DNA of 64,000 bases from Patescibacteria group bacterium (GCA_018971305.1 JAGXBC010000004.1:4028-68027), one strand, 5' to 3'; shown: positions 10,012-20,365, counted from the stretch's first letter. Translations and numbers: made by a program. Notes: a model not told the origin generated them from the letters alone.

Positions 10012-11059
10012 ATATGGGGGTAATAATGGAAACAGCGATAAATCCGACTAGCGCTCCCATCACTATCATTAAAGCCGGCTCTATCGTGTTTGATAAATTT
10101 TTGGTTATCATATCAACCTCGTTCTCATAAAGTTCCGAAACGAAAAGCAGTGTGTCGCTCAGCGTGCCCGTAGTCTCGCCGACCGATACCATCTGCGTCA
10201 TAATCGGCGGGAAAATATTTTGATGCTTTGCGAGGTGTTTGGAGATTACTTCACCCCTCAAAAGATTTTCGGACATTGCCGTTATCTCCCTGCGATACAC
10301 CATATTCTTTACGGTACTCGCTGATATCTTCGTCGCCTCCACAATGGAAATCTGGCTTTTAAGAAGCAGGCCTAAAGTGCGGCAAAAATTGGCCATATAA
10401 TAACTTTGTATCAATCTGCCAAAAATAGGTGTTTTCAAAACCCAGCTGTCAACGAAGGTGCGAAATCCGGGAGTTCTGCGCAAAAAAATAAAAGCGACGA
10501 TAGCGGCGATAAATCCCAACAAGACATAGAAACCGAAGTTTATAAAAAATCCGCTTACGAATATCAATGTCTTGGTCGTAAAGGGAAGGTCAAACTTAAA
10601 ACTCGCAAATATCGGCAAAACTTTAGGGAAAATAAAAACTGTTAGAAGAACGCTGAGAGCAATCGTTGCTGCTACAACTATAACGGGGTAAACCATAGCT
10701 CCAACAACCTTGCGCCTCAATTCCTGCTTCTTTTTAAGCTCCTCGGCAAGATAGTTAAGGTTTGTCTCCAGGGTGCCGCTCATTTCTCCGATTCTTATAA
10801 CGTTCACCGCAAAATCCCCGAAAATATTCCCGAAAGACGCCAAACTGGAAGAAAGAAATTGTCCCCTCTCCACGTCGGATACTATCTTGGAATAAATTTT
10901 CGTCGCCGAAGCGGAACCGGGCTGGTTCTTCAACATACGCAAGCATTCCAATATCGGATTACCGGCTCTGATCAGGATGGAAAGGCGCTTGGCGAACATG
11001 ATCTTTTCCTGGATGGAAAGCCGGGTTAGAAAAGGAAGGTTTTTAAGAAATTTATTCAT
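9983..11059 (-). CDS. pilC: Type IV pilus platform protein PilC/GspF
   Basis: Two T2SSF repeats, GEMSGTL, GETTGTL, IEPALM; start placed at MNKFLK. Confidence 0.93.
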   Translation of the reverse strand: MNKFLKNLPFLTRLSIQEKIMFAKRLSILIRAGNPILECLRMLKNQPGSASATKIYSKIVSDVERGQFLSSSLASFGNIFGDFAVNVIRIGEMSGTLETNLNYLAEELKKKQELRRKVVGAMVYPVIVVAATIALSVLLTVFIFPKVLPIFASFKFDLPFTTKTLIFVSGFFINFGFYVLLGFIAAIVAFIFLRRTPGFRTFVDSWVLKTPIFGRLIQSYYMANFCRTLGLLLKSQISIVEATKISASTVKNMVYRREITAMSENLLRGEVISKHLAKHQNIFPPIMTQMVSVGETTGTLSDTLLFVSELYENEVDMITKNLSNTIEPALMIVMGALVGFIAVSIITPIYELTQYIHP

Positions 11060-12269
11060 GAAGCATGCGAAGCACTTCGTCAAAGGTGGTTATGCCGGCT
11101 CCGGCTTTTTTAACCGCGTCTTCTATCATCGGAACCATTCCCTGAGCTACGGCGATTTTCTGAATCTCATCGGCAGTTGCTTTGCGTAAAATGGCGTCGC
11201 GGATGGGACCATCTATTACTAAAACTTCCTGAACACCAATGCGCCCCTTATAACCGGTCTTGCCGCAATCGTCACAGCCCTTGCCGACAAAAAACTTTTT
11301 ATGAGCGCTGAGGGCATCTTTAGGAAGAACTTCGGCAAGGCCTTTTTGTTCGGCTTCGGTTACTTTTTTTTCTGTCTTGCAAGATTCGCATATCTTACGC
11401 ACCAATCGTTGGCCAATAGCCACGTTTACCGTTGAAGCTATTAGGTATGATTCTATTTTCATGTCCAGCAACCGAGGCAGGGTTGTGGCGGCGTCATTCG
11501 TATGAATGGTTGAAAGCAAAAGGTGGCCAGTAAGCGCCGTGTTTACGGCAACCCCAGCCGTTTCCGAATCTCTTATCTCGCCCACCATGATTATGTTCGG
11601 ATCTTGACGCAAAATTGAGCGGAGTCCGTTCGCGAAAGTTAAACCCGTGCGCGAGTTCGCCTGTATCTGGTTTATGCCTTTAATAGCATACTCCACCGGG
11701 TCTTCTATGGTAATTATGGAAACGCTTCTTTTGTTCAGAGTTCTGATGAGAGTATAAAGCGTAGTGGTTTTTCCCGAACCGGTCGGGCCCGTCGCAAGTA
11801 TCATACCGTAAGGCTTATGAACGGCATTCGTTATTTTCACGGCGTTCTCTTTGCTAAAGCCGAGCGCTTCCAAACTAAAATCTTCCGCCTGGTCAACGAG
11901 CAATCGCATCACGGAATTTTCTCCGTAAAAAGTAGGGACGACGGAAACGCGCACGTCTATGGCTTTATTATTTTCTTTCAAAAAATATCTGAAGCGGCCA
12001 TCCTGGGCGGACTGGTGCTCGTCGGTGCGCATGTGGGCAATTATTTTTATCCGGGACATAACCTCGGCATACATATCTTTGCCGAAAGAATGGATGTCCT
12101 GCAAAACTCCGTCGATGCGGAAACGTATCTGGATCTTGTCGTCTTCCGGATCCAGATGCACGTCCGAAGCCCGTAAGTGGTAGGCGTCTTCAATAAGACA
12201 ATTTACGAAACTGATTATAGAAATATTAGCTCCTTGTTTGAGCTCTTTTTCGAGATGTGTGGCTATCAT
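11052..12269 (-). CDS. pilB: Type IV pilus assembly ATPase PilB/GspE (short N-terminus)
   Basis: ASDVHLDP, GPTGSGKTTT, EDPVEY, LRQDPNIIMVGEIRD, tetra-Cys motif. Confidence 0.93.
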   Translation of the reverse strand: MIATHLEKELKQGANISIISFVNCLIEDAYHLRASDVHLDPEDDKIQIRFRIDGVLQDIHSFGKDMYAEVMSRIKIIAHMRTDEHQSAQDGRFRYFLKENNKAIDVRVSVVPTFYGENSVMRLLVDQAEDFSLEALGFSKENAVKITNAVHKPYGMILATGPTGSGKTTTLYTLIRTLNKRSVSIITIEDPVEYAIKGINQIQANSRTGLTFANGLRSILRQDPNIIMVGEIRDSETAGVAVNTALTGHLLLSTIHTNDAATTLPRLLDMKIESYLIASTVNVAIGQRLVRKICESCKTEKKVTEAEQKGLAEVLPKDALSAHKKFFVGKGCDDCGKTGYKGRIGVQEVLVIDGPIRDAILRKATADEIQKIAVAQGMVPMIEDAVKKAGAGITTFDEVLRMLHE

Positions 12270-12314
12270 TTATTAGGATGAATCTAAAAATTATACTATA
12301 GCCGGAATAACCGT

Positions 12315-13328
12315 CTACAATATCTTTATCGCGGCAGTCGCTAAATACTGATTGAAAAGAAATACTCCGCCGACAAGAAGAAGGATAAGCAGTCCATTCA
12401 TAATCAGCTGGGCGTGCTGAATACGCACTTTAACGAAAATATTTAGTGCTAAAGCGAGTATGGTGAGTAATCCCACTGCATAAAAAACGTAGTTGGCTGT
12501 TGCCCTCGGAGACGCAACGAGCGCAGCCATGCCGCCGTCTTGAAGCGGAACGATTGGCTCCTCAACCGAATTATTGGCTACACCTGCGACAATCGGAGAA
12601 GATGTAACGGAAGAAGTTTCTTCACCTTTCACGGCGACGAAAGTTTCTGATCCGGAAGTACCCGTGGATGTCGTCTCTGCGGTGACTATCGGTTTTTGCG
12701 GCAACTGTTCAGCCGCGGATGCCGTAGGCACGCCCGGCAAAGACGGCGATGAAACGCGCGCTATAGAGTTGGGCTTGCCGAACATTTCCACGACAAAAGT
12801 TGCCTGATGGCCTTCGTAGATACCTTGGGACGTAGCAATGCCTATTTCAGTAAAATTTCCGTTAAGAATATTTTCTTTATGCGTGGGCGAATTCATCCAG
12901 GCGTTGGTCACATCGCTGGAGTCAACAAAATTAACCGCGAGGTTTTCTCCGGCATAAGCAAAGCGATATCCCACTTGCTGCATCCAATACCAGGGCGTAA
13001 GTCCCTCGGGGCTCGTGTGAGCGAAATATCCTTTGGCTGCCATATCCTGGGCCTTTTCCATGGCCGCGACTTCCAAAAGAGCGTTCGGTCTCAACGGGGA
13101 AAGATCGTATAACTGTCTATTGGCATTAGTTTCGTCCACGAGAACATTGGGAATTACAAAGGCAAAAAATTTGCTGTGCGGCAGAACTACAAACGCCTGT
13201 AAAAGAAAGAGCACCTCAACACCTACAAGAATAGTGGCGAGAAAAAGAACGGACTCATTGCGCAAAAGATGCGGCTGATGGTCGTTTTCCTCCTGCGGAA
13301 TGAAATATTTTGTGAGCCAGTTCTTCAT
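12315..13328 (-). CDS. CAP (SCP) domain membrane protein
   Basis: KAQDM..KGYFAH, AGENLA, WMNSPTHKENIL; TM helices at both ends. Confidence 0.9.
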   Translation of the reverse strand: MKNWLTKYFIPQEENDHQPHLLRNESVLFLATILVGVEVLFLLQAFVVLPHSKFFAFVIPNVLVDETNANRQLYDLSPLRPNALLEVAAMEKAQDMAAKGYFAHTSPEGLTPWYWMQQVGYRFAYAGENLAVNFVDSSDVTNAWMNSPTHKENILNGNFTEIGIATSQGIYEGHQATFVVEMFGKPNSIARVSSPSLPGVPTASAAEQLPQKPIVTAETTSTGTSGSETFVAVKGEETSSVTSSPIVAGVANNSVEEPIVPLQDGGMAALVASPRATANYVFYAVGLLTILALALNIFVKVRIQHAQLIMNGLLILLLVGGVFLFNQYLATAAIKIL

Positions 13329-13372
13329 AAGGTTAAAGTATAGCATAGTAATTATACCACTATATCAATAAA

Positions 13373-13400
13373 AAAGCAAGTCCATTAGAGGGCTTGCTTT
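13373..13400. terminator. Hairpin terminator downstream of surface protein gene
   Basis: aaagcaagtcc-attaga-gggcttgcttt. Confidence 0.65.
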
Positions 13401-13440
13401 CATTGAGTCTTATGCATTTATAGTTTTACCAAAATGGCGC

Positions 13441-13560
13441 AGAGCCTGTTTCTGGAGAAGCTTTCGGAGCCCCGACGGGCCTGGTCTCGAAGAGCCGTCG
13501 GGGCGAGAAGCAGCGGGGAATTTTCGCTGGAAAAATTCAACCGCGGTTCTCCAAAACAGT
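13441..13560. mobile_element. Fold-back MITE-like intergenic element
   Basis: Ends ctgtttctggagaa/ttctccaaaacag are inverted; internal gccccgacgg/ccgtcggggc stem. Confidence 0.55.
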
Positions 13561-13573
13561 GCACAAGCCACAC

Positions 13574-16500
13574 TTATGGAAGCTGGGGCATCGGGATATC
13601 AAGAGTAGAACATCCGAGAAGATTTACCCATCTCTTTGTCGTCTTATAGACATATCCGGTCGGAGTCTGGGCGTTCGGTAATCCGTAGGCAACCCAAGGA
13701 ACAAGAATATCCGTTGCATATTTCAATTGGAACTGTTTCACTGCTTCTCTCGTCTGCTTTCCGAAGAAACCGGTTATCGGCAAATTAATTCCGAGCTCCT
13801 GATTAAGGAATGCCTGCAGAACTTTTACATCATCAACATTGTTCTTGGCACCATACTTCATATAAGAACCAATTGTGTAACCGCAGGAAGTGCTTGCACC
13901 GAGAACTTCACCGGTAGTGCTCGCTCCTAAAACCGCTCCGCCGCCACCACCTCCGCCAACTAAGCCACCACCGCCACCAGGGTTACCTCCTCCGCCAACT
14001 CCAACCGTACCTCCTCCACCACCTCCGCCACCGCCACCCGTGTTAGTATTGCTGTTCTGGACAGTGAAAGATATGGAGGGTGAATTATTGGAGGAATCAT
14101 CGGTCAGAGAACCAAGCTCACTTCCTGTAGCCGTGTTCGTAATCGTCTGACCCGATGTATTAGACCCAACGACTACCGTAAGGGTCATTGTCGCGGATGT
14201 ACCAGGGCTAAGATCGCCAACGTTCCAATCCAACGTACCACCGTTCACAATACTGCCTTGCGAAGATGTGGCACTGGAAAGAGTAATACCGCTCGGCAAT
14301 AAATCGTGGATAACTATATAGGTTGAGGTCGCGGGACCGAGGGCAGTCGCCGTAATTGTGTAGTGTATAGTATCACCGGCAGCCGGATTGAAATTATCAA
14401 CTGTCTTCTCAACCTTCAAATCGGCAACAGTTCCTCCGCTACCTCCGCCGCTCGTCTGGACACTGGTTCCCGGAGCGGTAGATGAGTTATTTCCCGAATT
14501 AGGGTCATTTACGCCGGAAGATTCCGTAACCGTTGCTGAATTAGTTATAGTGTTTCCTCCCTGGCCGACATTAACCGTAGCCGCAATCGTAAGCGTTGAG
14601 CTAGAACCCGCAGACATATCCCCTATTGTCCAAACGCCAGTTGAAGTGGAATAACTGCCAACCGAAGGCGTAGCGGAAACAAAGGTCAATCCCGCAGGAA
14701 GGACGTCTGTTGCCTCAACCGCCGTTGAAGTAGACGGGCCCAGAGCCGAAACAGTTAGTGTATACGTAAGAGTTCCGCCTTCCGTAGTGCTCGTAGAGTC
14801 AACAGTCTTGTCTATTGAAACATCGGCATCCGGAGTTCCACCTCCGCCGCCTCCACCTCCGCCGCCAGAAAGATCGAACTGGGCATTAACGGTAGTATCT
14901 GAATTCATAATAACGTCGCAAGTGGTGGAAGTGCTGCCGGCGCAGGCACCACCGGACCAGCTTACAAATACGGAGCCCGCATCAGCAACCGCAGTAAGAG
15001 TGGTCGTGGAATTGGTCGGGTAAAATACCGGACCGCAACCAGTACCGCAATTAATAAGCCAGCCGTCGGTAACTGTTCCTGTGCCGGTGCCGGACTTCGT
15101 GACAGTTAAGGTATGAGTGGTGTGAACCGGGGGCACAAGAGTGAATTCGGCGTTCACGGTCATATCCGAATTTAAGGTAACGTCGCAGGTGGTGGAGGTA
15201 CTTCCGGCGCAGGCATCACCGGACCAACCGGTGAATGTTGAACTGGCGTCGGGGGAGGCAGTAAGAGTTGTCACAGACCCGGTTGAGTAAAAAACACTGC
15301 AGGTCGTACCACAGTTTATTAACCAACCGTCGGAGACCGTTCCGGTTCCTGTTCCCGATTTGGTTACGGTAAGGGTATTGGTAGTATGGGTAATCGGATT
15401 AGCGGCAAAAGTTACGGCAATCGTATGATCAGTAATAACTCCGGTAAATGTGTAGCTCGTAGATGTGGCAACAGAAGAACTGTCGACTGTAAGGGTGTCA
15501 ATATGATAACCGCCATTCGGGGTAAATGTGAATGTTTGATCAGAGCCGTCGTTCACGATAACCGTACCAGAAGGAGAAATGGAACCGTTAGCGCTGGAAG
15601 TTGCATTTATCGTATGGGTCAAGACGAACTCTGCGCTCACGGAAAGATTAGATGTCATCGTAAGGTCGCAGGTTGGCGAAGAACCGGCACTAGAGCAGTC
15701 GCCTCCCCAGCCGATAAACGTGGAACCGGTAGCCGCAGTAGCAGTCAAGGTAGTAGTAGTATTGGGCTGATAGAAAACCTCACATCTATTATGGCCATTT
15801 CCGCAGTTCAACCAACCATCGGTGATATTACCGATACCGTTGCCGGTAGTCGTAGCGGTGAGAGAATACGTGATAACTGGAGCCGAATTTACAAATAACG
15901 TATAGGCCCGAGAAGTAGATGTCGCTGTGTCAGATACTCCAACAGTAAAGTTGTAAGTGCCAGCCGTTGTCGGTGTTCCAGAAATCGTAGTCGTAGAACC
16001 GGTTGCAGAGGTATCAAGCGTTAATCCTGCCGGCAACGTTCCCGAAGATAAATTCCAAGCGAACGGGTGTCCGTTGGTTCCTGAAACGGTGATTGTTTGA
16101 GAGTAAGCTGTTCCCGATGTCGCGTTCGGTAAAGACGCAGGAGATATAGAAATGGGTTGAATTGGAATGGTGATATTTGCAGAAAATGTTGAAGCTGCGG
16201 AACCTTCTGCACCATTAAAGTTTGCGTGATAAACTTTCACGCAAATAGCATATGTTCCCGGCGTAGAAAATGGGTGAGAGGTACTCCACGTAGCATTAGT
16301 GAATGTACCATTGTTATGTCCGTCTGGTCCACCACTCCCACCTGTAAATACTATAGAACTAAAATTAAATTGCGTTGAGCTAGATGCGTTACATGCTCCC
16401 GTCCAATCCACACCCATGTGTTGATCACTACTCTGCCCAGTATATGGATTTCCGGTCGCGGTACCAGAAAGGTTAACCGTTAATCCGGTAATGGTATAAG

Positions 16501-16627
16501 AACCAGAGATAGAATAACTACTAGCCGCCATCGCTGTTGGCACAGTAACCGCACCGACGCCAAAAAACATCGCTACTGTAAAAAGCGATATACCAACAAT
16601 TCCGACTTTAATTAATTTATTTTTCAT
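13574..16627 (-). CDS. Large surface protein: putative Ig (He_PIG), InlB-B-like repeats, two DUF11 domains, C-terminal peptidoglycan-binding domain
   Basis: SPASLPNA..GTLPAGL; repeated GWSGDAC/GACAG; ADVSIDKTVD..DVLPAGL; poly-Gly linkers; VKVLQAFLN..TGFFG..TREAVKQFQ. Confidence 0.88.
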   Translation of the reverse strand: MKNKLIKVGIVGISLFTVAMFFGVGAVTVPTAMAASSYSISGSYTITGLTVNLSGTATGNPYTGQSSDQHMGVDWTGACNASSSTQFNFSSIVFTGGSGGPDGHNNGTFTNATWSTSHPFSTPGTYAICVKVYHANFNGAEGSAASTFSANITIPIQPISISPASLPNATSGTAYSQTITVSGTNGHPFAWNLSSGTLPAGLTLDTSATGSTTTISGTPTTAGTYNFTVGVSDTATSTSRAYTLFVNSAPVITYSLTATTTGNGIGNITDGWLNCGNGHNRCEVFYQPNTTTTLTATAATGSTFIGWGGDCSSAGSSPTCDLTMTSNLSVSAEFVLTHTINATSSANGSISPSGTVIVNDGSDQTFTFTPNGGYHIDTLTVDSSSVATSTSYTFTGVITDHTIAVTFAANPITHTTNTLTVTKSGTGTGTVSDGWLINCGTTCSVFYSTGSVTTLTASPDASSTFTGWSGDACAGSTSTTCDVTLNSDMTVNAEFTLVPPVHTTHTLTVTKSGTGTGTVTDGWLINCGTGCGPVFYPTNSTTTLTAVADAGSVFVSWSGGACAGSTSTTCDVIMNSDTTVNAQFDLSGGGGGGGGGGTPDADVSIDKTVDSTSTTEGGTLTYTLTVSALGPSTSTAVEATDVLPAGLTFVSATPSVGSYSTSTGVWTIGDMSAGSSSTLTIAATVNVGQGGNTITNSATVTESSGVNDPNSGNNSSTAPGTSVQTSGGGSGGTVADLKVEKTVDNFNPAAGDTIHYTITATALGPATSTYIVIHDLLPSGITLSSATSSQGSIVNGGTLDWNVGDLSPGTSATMTLTVVVGSNTSGQTITNTATGSELGSLTDDSSNNSPSISFTVQNSNTNTGGGGGGGGGGTVGVGGGGNPGGGGGLVGGGGGGGAVLGASTTGEVLGASTSCGYTIGSYMKYGAKNNVDDVKVLQAFLNQELGINLPITGFFGKQTREAVKQFQLKYATDILVPWVAYGLPNAQTPTGYVYKTTKRWVNLLGCSTLDIPMPQLP

Positions 16628-16956
16628 ATTTTTTATTATTTTATTATTTTTTATGACTTTTTTATTTTTATCCGCCGGATTATTGTGAGAGCCGGCGAAT
16701 CTTGTACAAATTTATTTGTTTAATATTAACTTATTCGAATCTCTCTGCAAGCAATACTGTATAAACTCTGTGTTATGTTGAAAATAGCTGTTTTTATTGG
16801 CCATTCCTCGACCATCTTTATTACGCTCTATATTACACATAATATGCATAAAAGTCAAGTTGGCGATTTCAACGCTAAACCTAGAGTTAGAACGGTTTTC
16901 TGGGTAAAAAAAGAGGGCTAGAATTTCTAGCCCCAAATGGTTGCTCCCGTTGCAAC

Positions 16957-17673
16957 CTAATTTTTACGGGATGGTTTCAGTTTTCGCCTGGCAAATCCGA
17001 TCACCGGAATAATTCCGGTGCCGAAAAGCATAATGCTCGTCGGTTCGGGAGTAGAAGTTGGCGGGCTGTATGTACCAGCCACATCCCCCGTTGTGCAAGC
17101 ACCTTGGCAATCCGGGTTCCCGATATTGACATGAGCCGACGCATCCCAACCTTTGTCGTTGAGCGCGAGTACGCTCGCGGCATCAGCGAATGATCCGCTG
17201 GTTGGGGTCAGTAATGCCGACCAGGAAGTTACGGAGTTCGTAAAACCATCGAAGGCATCAACTGTGTTATTGAACACACCGAAGCCGTCAACGGTTCCCG
17301 AACCGCCCAGAGAAAAAGCCGTGTGGCTTCCCCCGCCGGTGTAAGTTATGTTACTAATGGTCACCGGAAGCGACGTATTGAAGTCGACTGCCTGGGCACT
17401 GCCAAGCAGATAAATATACCCGTCGCTGGTTAAACTGGTGAAAGTGATTGTTGCGTCACCTCCGCCGCTCGGAACCGATATGGTTACCCCTACGTACGGC
17501 CCGGTTCCGTAACCAGGCACGTTCGTTGCTGTGAGGTCAAAGGTAATGGAATCCGCTCTCGCCTGGATAGCCGCGAATAACAATACGGCAAACATGGTAA
17601 GGGCGAACGCCGCTGTACTACGGTGTTTTTTCTTCATATCTTGCCTTTCCTCCCTTTGATTGGATTTATTCAA
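16957..17673 (-). CDS. PEP-CTERM sorting domain protein
   Basis: Signal peptide ending ARA-DS; C-terminal TPEPTSIMLFGTG..GFARRKLK; alternative start at 17637 behind GGAGG. Confidence 0.88.
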   Translation of the reverse strand: MNKSNQREERQDMKKKHRSTAAFALTMFAVLLFAAIQARADSITFDLTATNVPGYGTGPYVGVTISVPSGGGDATITFTSLTSDGYIYLLGSAQAVDFNTSLPVTISNITYTGGGSHTAFSLGGSGTVDGFGVFNNTVDAFDGFTNSVTSWSALLTPTSGSFADAASVLALNDKGWDASAHVNIGNPDCQGACTTGDVAGTYSPPTSTPEPTSIMLFGTGIIPVIGFARRKLKPSRKN

Positions 17674-18233
17674 GATATCAACCTCCTGCGCAGGAACCCG
17701 GCCATCCCTAGAAGGCCGGTGCCGAACAGGGCCAAACTCGCTGGTTCAGGAACTGCTGTGATAGTAGCATCACCGCTTGTTGCAATCCCCCCGGAAGTCA
17801 GTGATATCACAAAAGTCTGGCCAGTCCCGGCGGAATTTCCAAAGTATGTTTGGAAATCACCGGCTGGAAGAGACCAGAAAGTGTTGAAGGATAGGCCCAC
17901 CGTCGACCCGAAAGAACTCGCGTTGAAGCTGTCGATGGTTCCCGAAATAACAGTAGACCCGTCTGTGAGAGATGCAGTTCCAGCAGCGGTATCGAAAACC
18001 AGAAGAAAGTGCTGGTTCAGGAATGCCGCAGGGCCCTGGTCCATAATCATAGTAAGGCCGGTTGTGGAGTAGTTGCTCCCCGAAGTGAGGACGGTACCAC
18101 TGCAATCCGCAGATGAAGCCGGGGCCGTGCAATAAAAGTCAGCCACCGAATCCGCCTTCGCCGCTGGTGCCGCCAGCACGGAAAACACAGGAACTAACAA
18201 AGCCAAAACCAGCGCAATCTTCTTCATATTCAT
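17670..18233 (-). CDS. PEP-CTERM sorting domain protein
   Basis: Signal peptide ending AKA-DS; C-terminal VPEPASLALFGTGLLGMAGFLRRRL. Confidence 0.92.
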   Translation of the reverse strand: MNMKKIALVLALLVPVFSVLAAPAAKADSVADFYCTAPASSADCSGTVLTSGSNYSTTGLTMIMDQGPAAFLNQHFLLVFDTAAGTASLTDGSTVISGTIDSFNASSFGSTVGLSFNTFWSLPAGDFQTYFGNSAGTGQTFVISLTSGGIATSGDATITAVPEPASLALFGTGLLGMAGFLRRRLIS

Positions 18234-18472
18234 ATTTCAAAGACCTCCACCTAGAATTCCTAAGACACATCTATACTTGCGTATTTGGTGTGCCCAAGGT
18301 AATTGGCATGCTAACATTTATACTATATAAATGTCAAGAGGTTATTGGCGCCTGCAAAATAAGCAGATAATGATCTATTACAATATTTCGGGAAAGGAAA
18401 AATAAAAGCGGCACAATTATACTCGGCAGAAAGGAGAAAATAAAAAAATGCGCTTGTTTATTTTCTCCGAGC

Positions 18473-18492
18473 CCTGCCTGCCGGCAGGCAGG
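18473..18492. repeat. Palindromic repeat CCTGCCTGCCGGCAGGCAGG
   Basis: Perfect 20-bp palindrome; variants at about 42654 and 46129. Confidence 0.85.
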
Positions 18493-18516
18493 AAACCAAT
18501 TTTATAAACGAAGCGA

Positions 18517-20358
18517 TTATTGCGCCGCTTTGCCCGCAACCTTCCGGGTCTTATCAGCCAGGAATCCCTCTACCTGCATGTCAACCATCTCTTTATAAGT
18601 AGAGCAGGTCTGCATCAGCTCTTCGTGCGGCCCGTTGCCGATGATTTTTCCATCTTCAAGGACAAGGATTTTATCCGAGTGGCGAACCGTAGAGAGACGG
18701 TGAGCGATGATAAGCGTTGTTCTTACTTTTATCAATTCGTTGATTCCTTCTTGAACTTTCTTTTCGGTGATGCTGTCCAACGCGCTCGTCGGCTCATCCA
18801 GAACAACGATGCGCGGATCTTTAAGAATCGCCCTGGCTATTGCGAGACGCTGTTTCTCTCCACCGGAGAGACGCACTCCCCTTTCACCTATTAAGGCGTC
18901 GTAGCCCTTAGGAAGCCTCTGGATAAACTCGTCTGCATGAGCCTGTTTAGCTGCCCTTACTACTTGCTCTCTCGTCGCCCAAGGATCTCCGTAGGCGATA
19001 TTTTGCGCTACCGTTTCGTTATACATCGCGTTCTCCTGCAGAACGGTGCCGACGTATTTTTTTATCTCTTCGGGATTGAAGCTGTTCAAGTTCGCGCCAT
19101 CAATGGTTATTATTCCGCTCGTGGGATCAACCAGGCGCGTGAGCAACGTCATGATGGTCGTCTTACCCGAACCGGAGTGCCCGACTAAAGCCACGGTTTT
19201 CCCCGCGTCTATCGTGAACGAAACATCGTTCAGAGAAAAGGCGCTCTTCTCCTGAGGGTAAGAAAAGGAAACATGCTCAAATTCAACCCTCCCCTGCACT
19301 TCCGAAACTTTTGTAGGAATCCGGGGAACCGTTATCACATCCTCTTCGGCAAATAGACCGAGCAACCGCTCTATGTGCTGAGAACGCCGCGTATACTGAG
19401 GCAGAATATCTCCCAAGAGGTGTAAGGGGGTAAGAATTTCGTTCAAGAGCCCCATAAACATGAAGAGTGTTCCGAGCGTGATAGAACCGCTCTGGACGAA
19501 AAATATTCCTGCGCCCAAAACGAGGAAGCGCGCGATGGAATCCGGGTTAAGCATTTCCACTATGCGCCATTTTTTATTAAGTGAGAATTGGGAAGCCGAA
19601 GCACGGTCGCTATAAGCTTTGTGGCGCTCCACGAAAATTTCTTCGTGGGGATTCAATTTATAAGTCACGACGTTAGAGATCTGATCGGAAAGGTGCTCGT
19701 GCTTTTCTTCCCACATTTTATTTACCCTTCTCTGCTCGTCCTCGTACTTATTCACGTGCCTGATAATGAACCACAAAGTTGGCGGTATAACGGAAACGGC
19801 GATAAGCGTCATCTGCCAGCTCACAATCAGGGCGATGGCAAGCATGCCGATAAATCCGAGTATGGCCGAAGAGAATATTCCGAGCCACCAGTTCGTCATT
19901 TCCCAAGTGCTTACATCGGCGTCGTCAATTATTTTCGTGTAACGGCTGGAGTGCTCGGACATGTGCTTCGCGTAATCTAGGCGCAAGAGGCGCCGATAGC
20001 CGCTGATATTCGCTTCCTGCGAACTGATATTTCCTATCTTCCAGACGAGGAACGAGGTCTGCGCGCTTGCGACATTGACTATAACCGCGAGAACAAACCA
20101 GAAAGCAACCACCATAACCAAGGTTTGCGTCTGTGAAGCAAGAAAACCGCCGCTGACAAGGCCATTGGTCAAAGTATCCACAACAACCTTATAAAGATAA
20201 GGTTCGGTAAGACGCGCCGCCACGCTCACGAAAAGCAGGGTCGCTAAAACTGCCATGGACCGCTTTTGTTTGAAAGCGAGCTTAAAGATATATCTCAAAT
20301 AATCCGGTATGAATTTTTTTGTTTTGCGGGTATCCATTGTTTTTATTTTATTTTGCAT
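18517..20358 (-). CDS. ABC exporter, fused permease-ATPase (MsbA/multidrug type)
   Basis: TM domain plus GHSGSGKT, LSGGEKQR, VLDEPTS, IAHRL; start at ATG 20358 with AAGGAG SD. Confidence 0.93.
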   Translation of the reverse strand: MQNKIKTMDTRKTKKFIPDYLRYIFKLAFKQKRSMAVLATLLFVSVAARLTEPYLYKVVVDTLTNGLVSGGFLASQTQTLVMVVAFWFVLAVIVNVASAQTSFLVWKIGNISSQEANISGYRRLLRLDYAKHMSEHSSRYTKIIDDADVSTWEMTNWWLGIFSSAILGFIGMLAIALIVSWQMTLIAVSVIPPTLWFIIRHVNKYEDEQRRVNKMWEEKHEHLSDQISNVVTYKLNPHEEIFVERHKAYSDRASASQFSLNKKWRIVEMLNPDSIARFLVLGAGIFFVQSGSITLGTLFMFMGLLNEILTPLHLLGDILPQYTRRSQHIERLLGLFAEEDVITVPRIPTKVSEVQGRVEFEHVSFSYPQEKSAFSLNDVSFTIDAGKTVALVGHSGSGKTTIMTLLTRLVDPTSGIITIDGANLNSFNPEEIKKYVGTVLQENAMYNETVAQNIAYGDPWATREQVVRAAKQAHADEFIQRLPKGYDALIGERGVRLSGGEKQRLAIARAILKDPRIVVLDEPTSALDSITEKKVQEGINELIKVRTTLIIAHRLSTVRHSDKILVLEDGKIIGNGPHEELMQTCSTYKEMVDMQVEGFLADKTRKVAGKAAQ

Positions 20359-20365
20359 GGTTTCT

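Noticed and set aside
14870-15390. Repeated DNA blocks resembling an array or DGR template/variable pair
   Set aside because: Tandem in-frame InlB-B-like domain duplication; no reverse transcriptase in the window.
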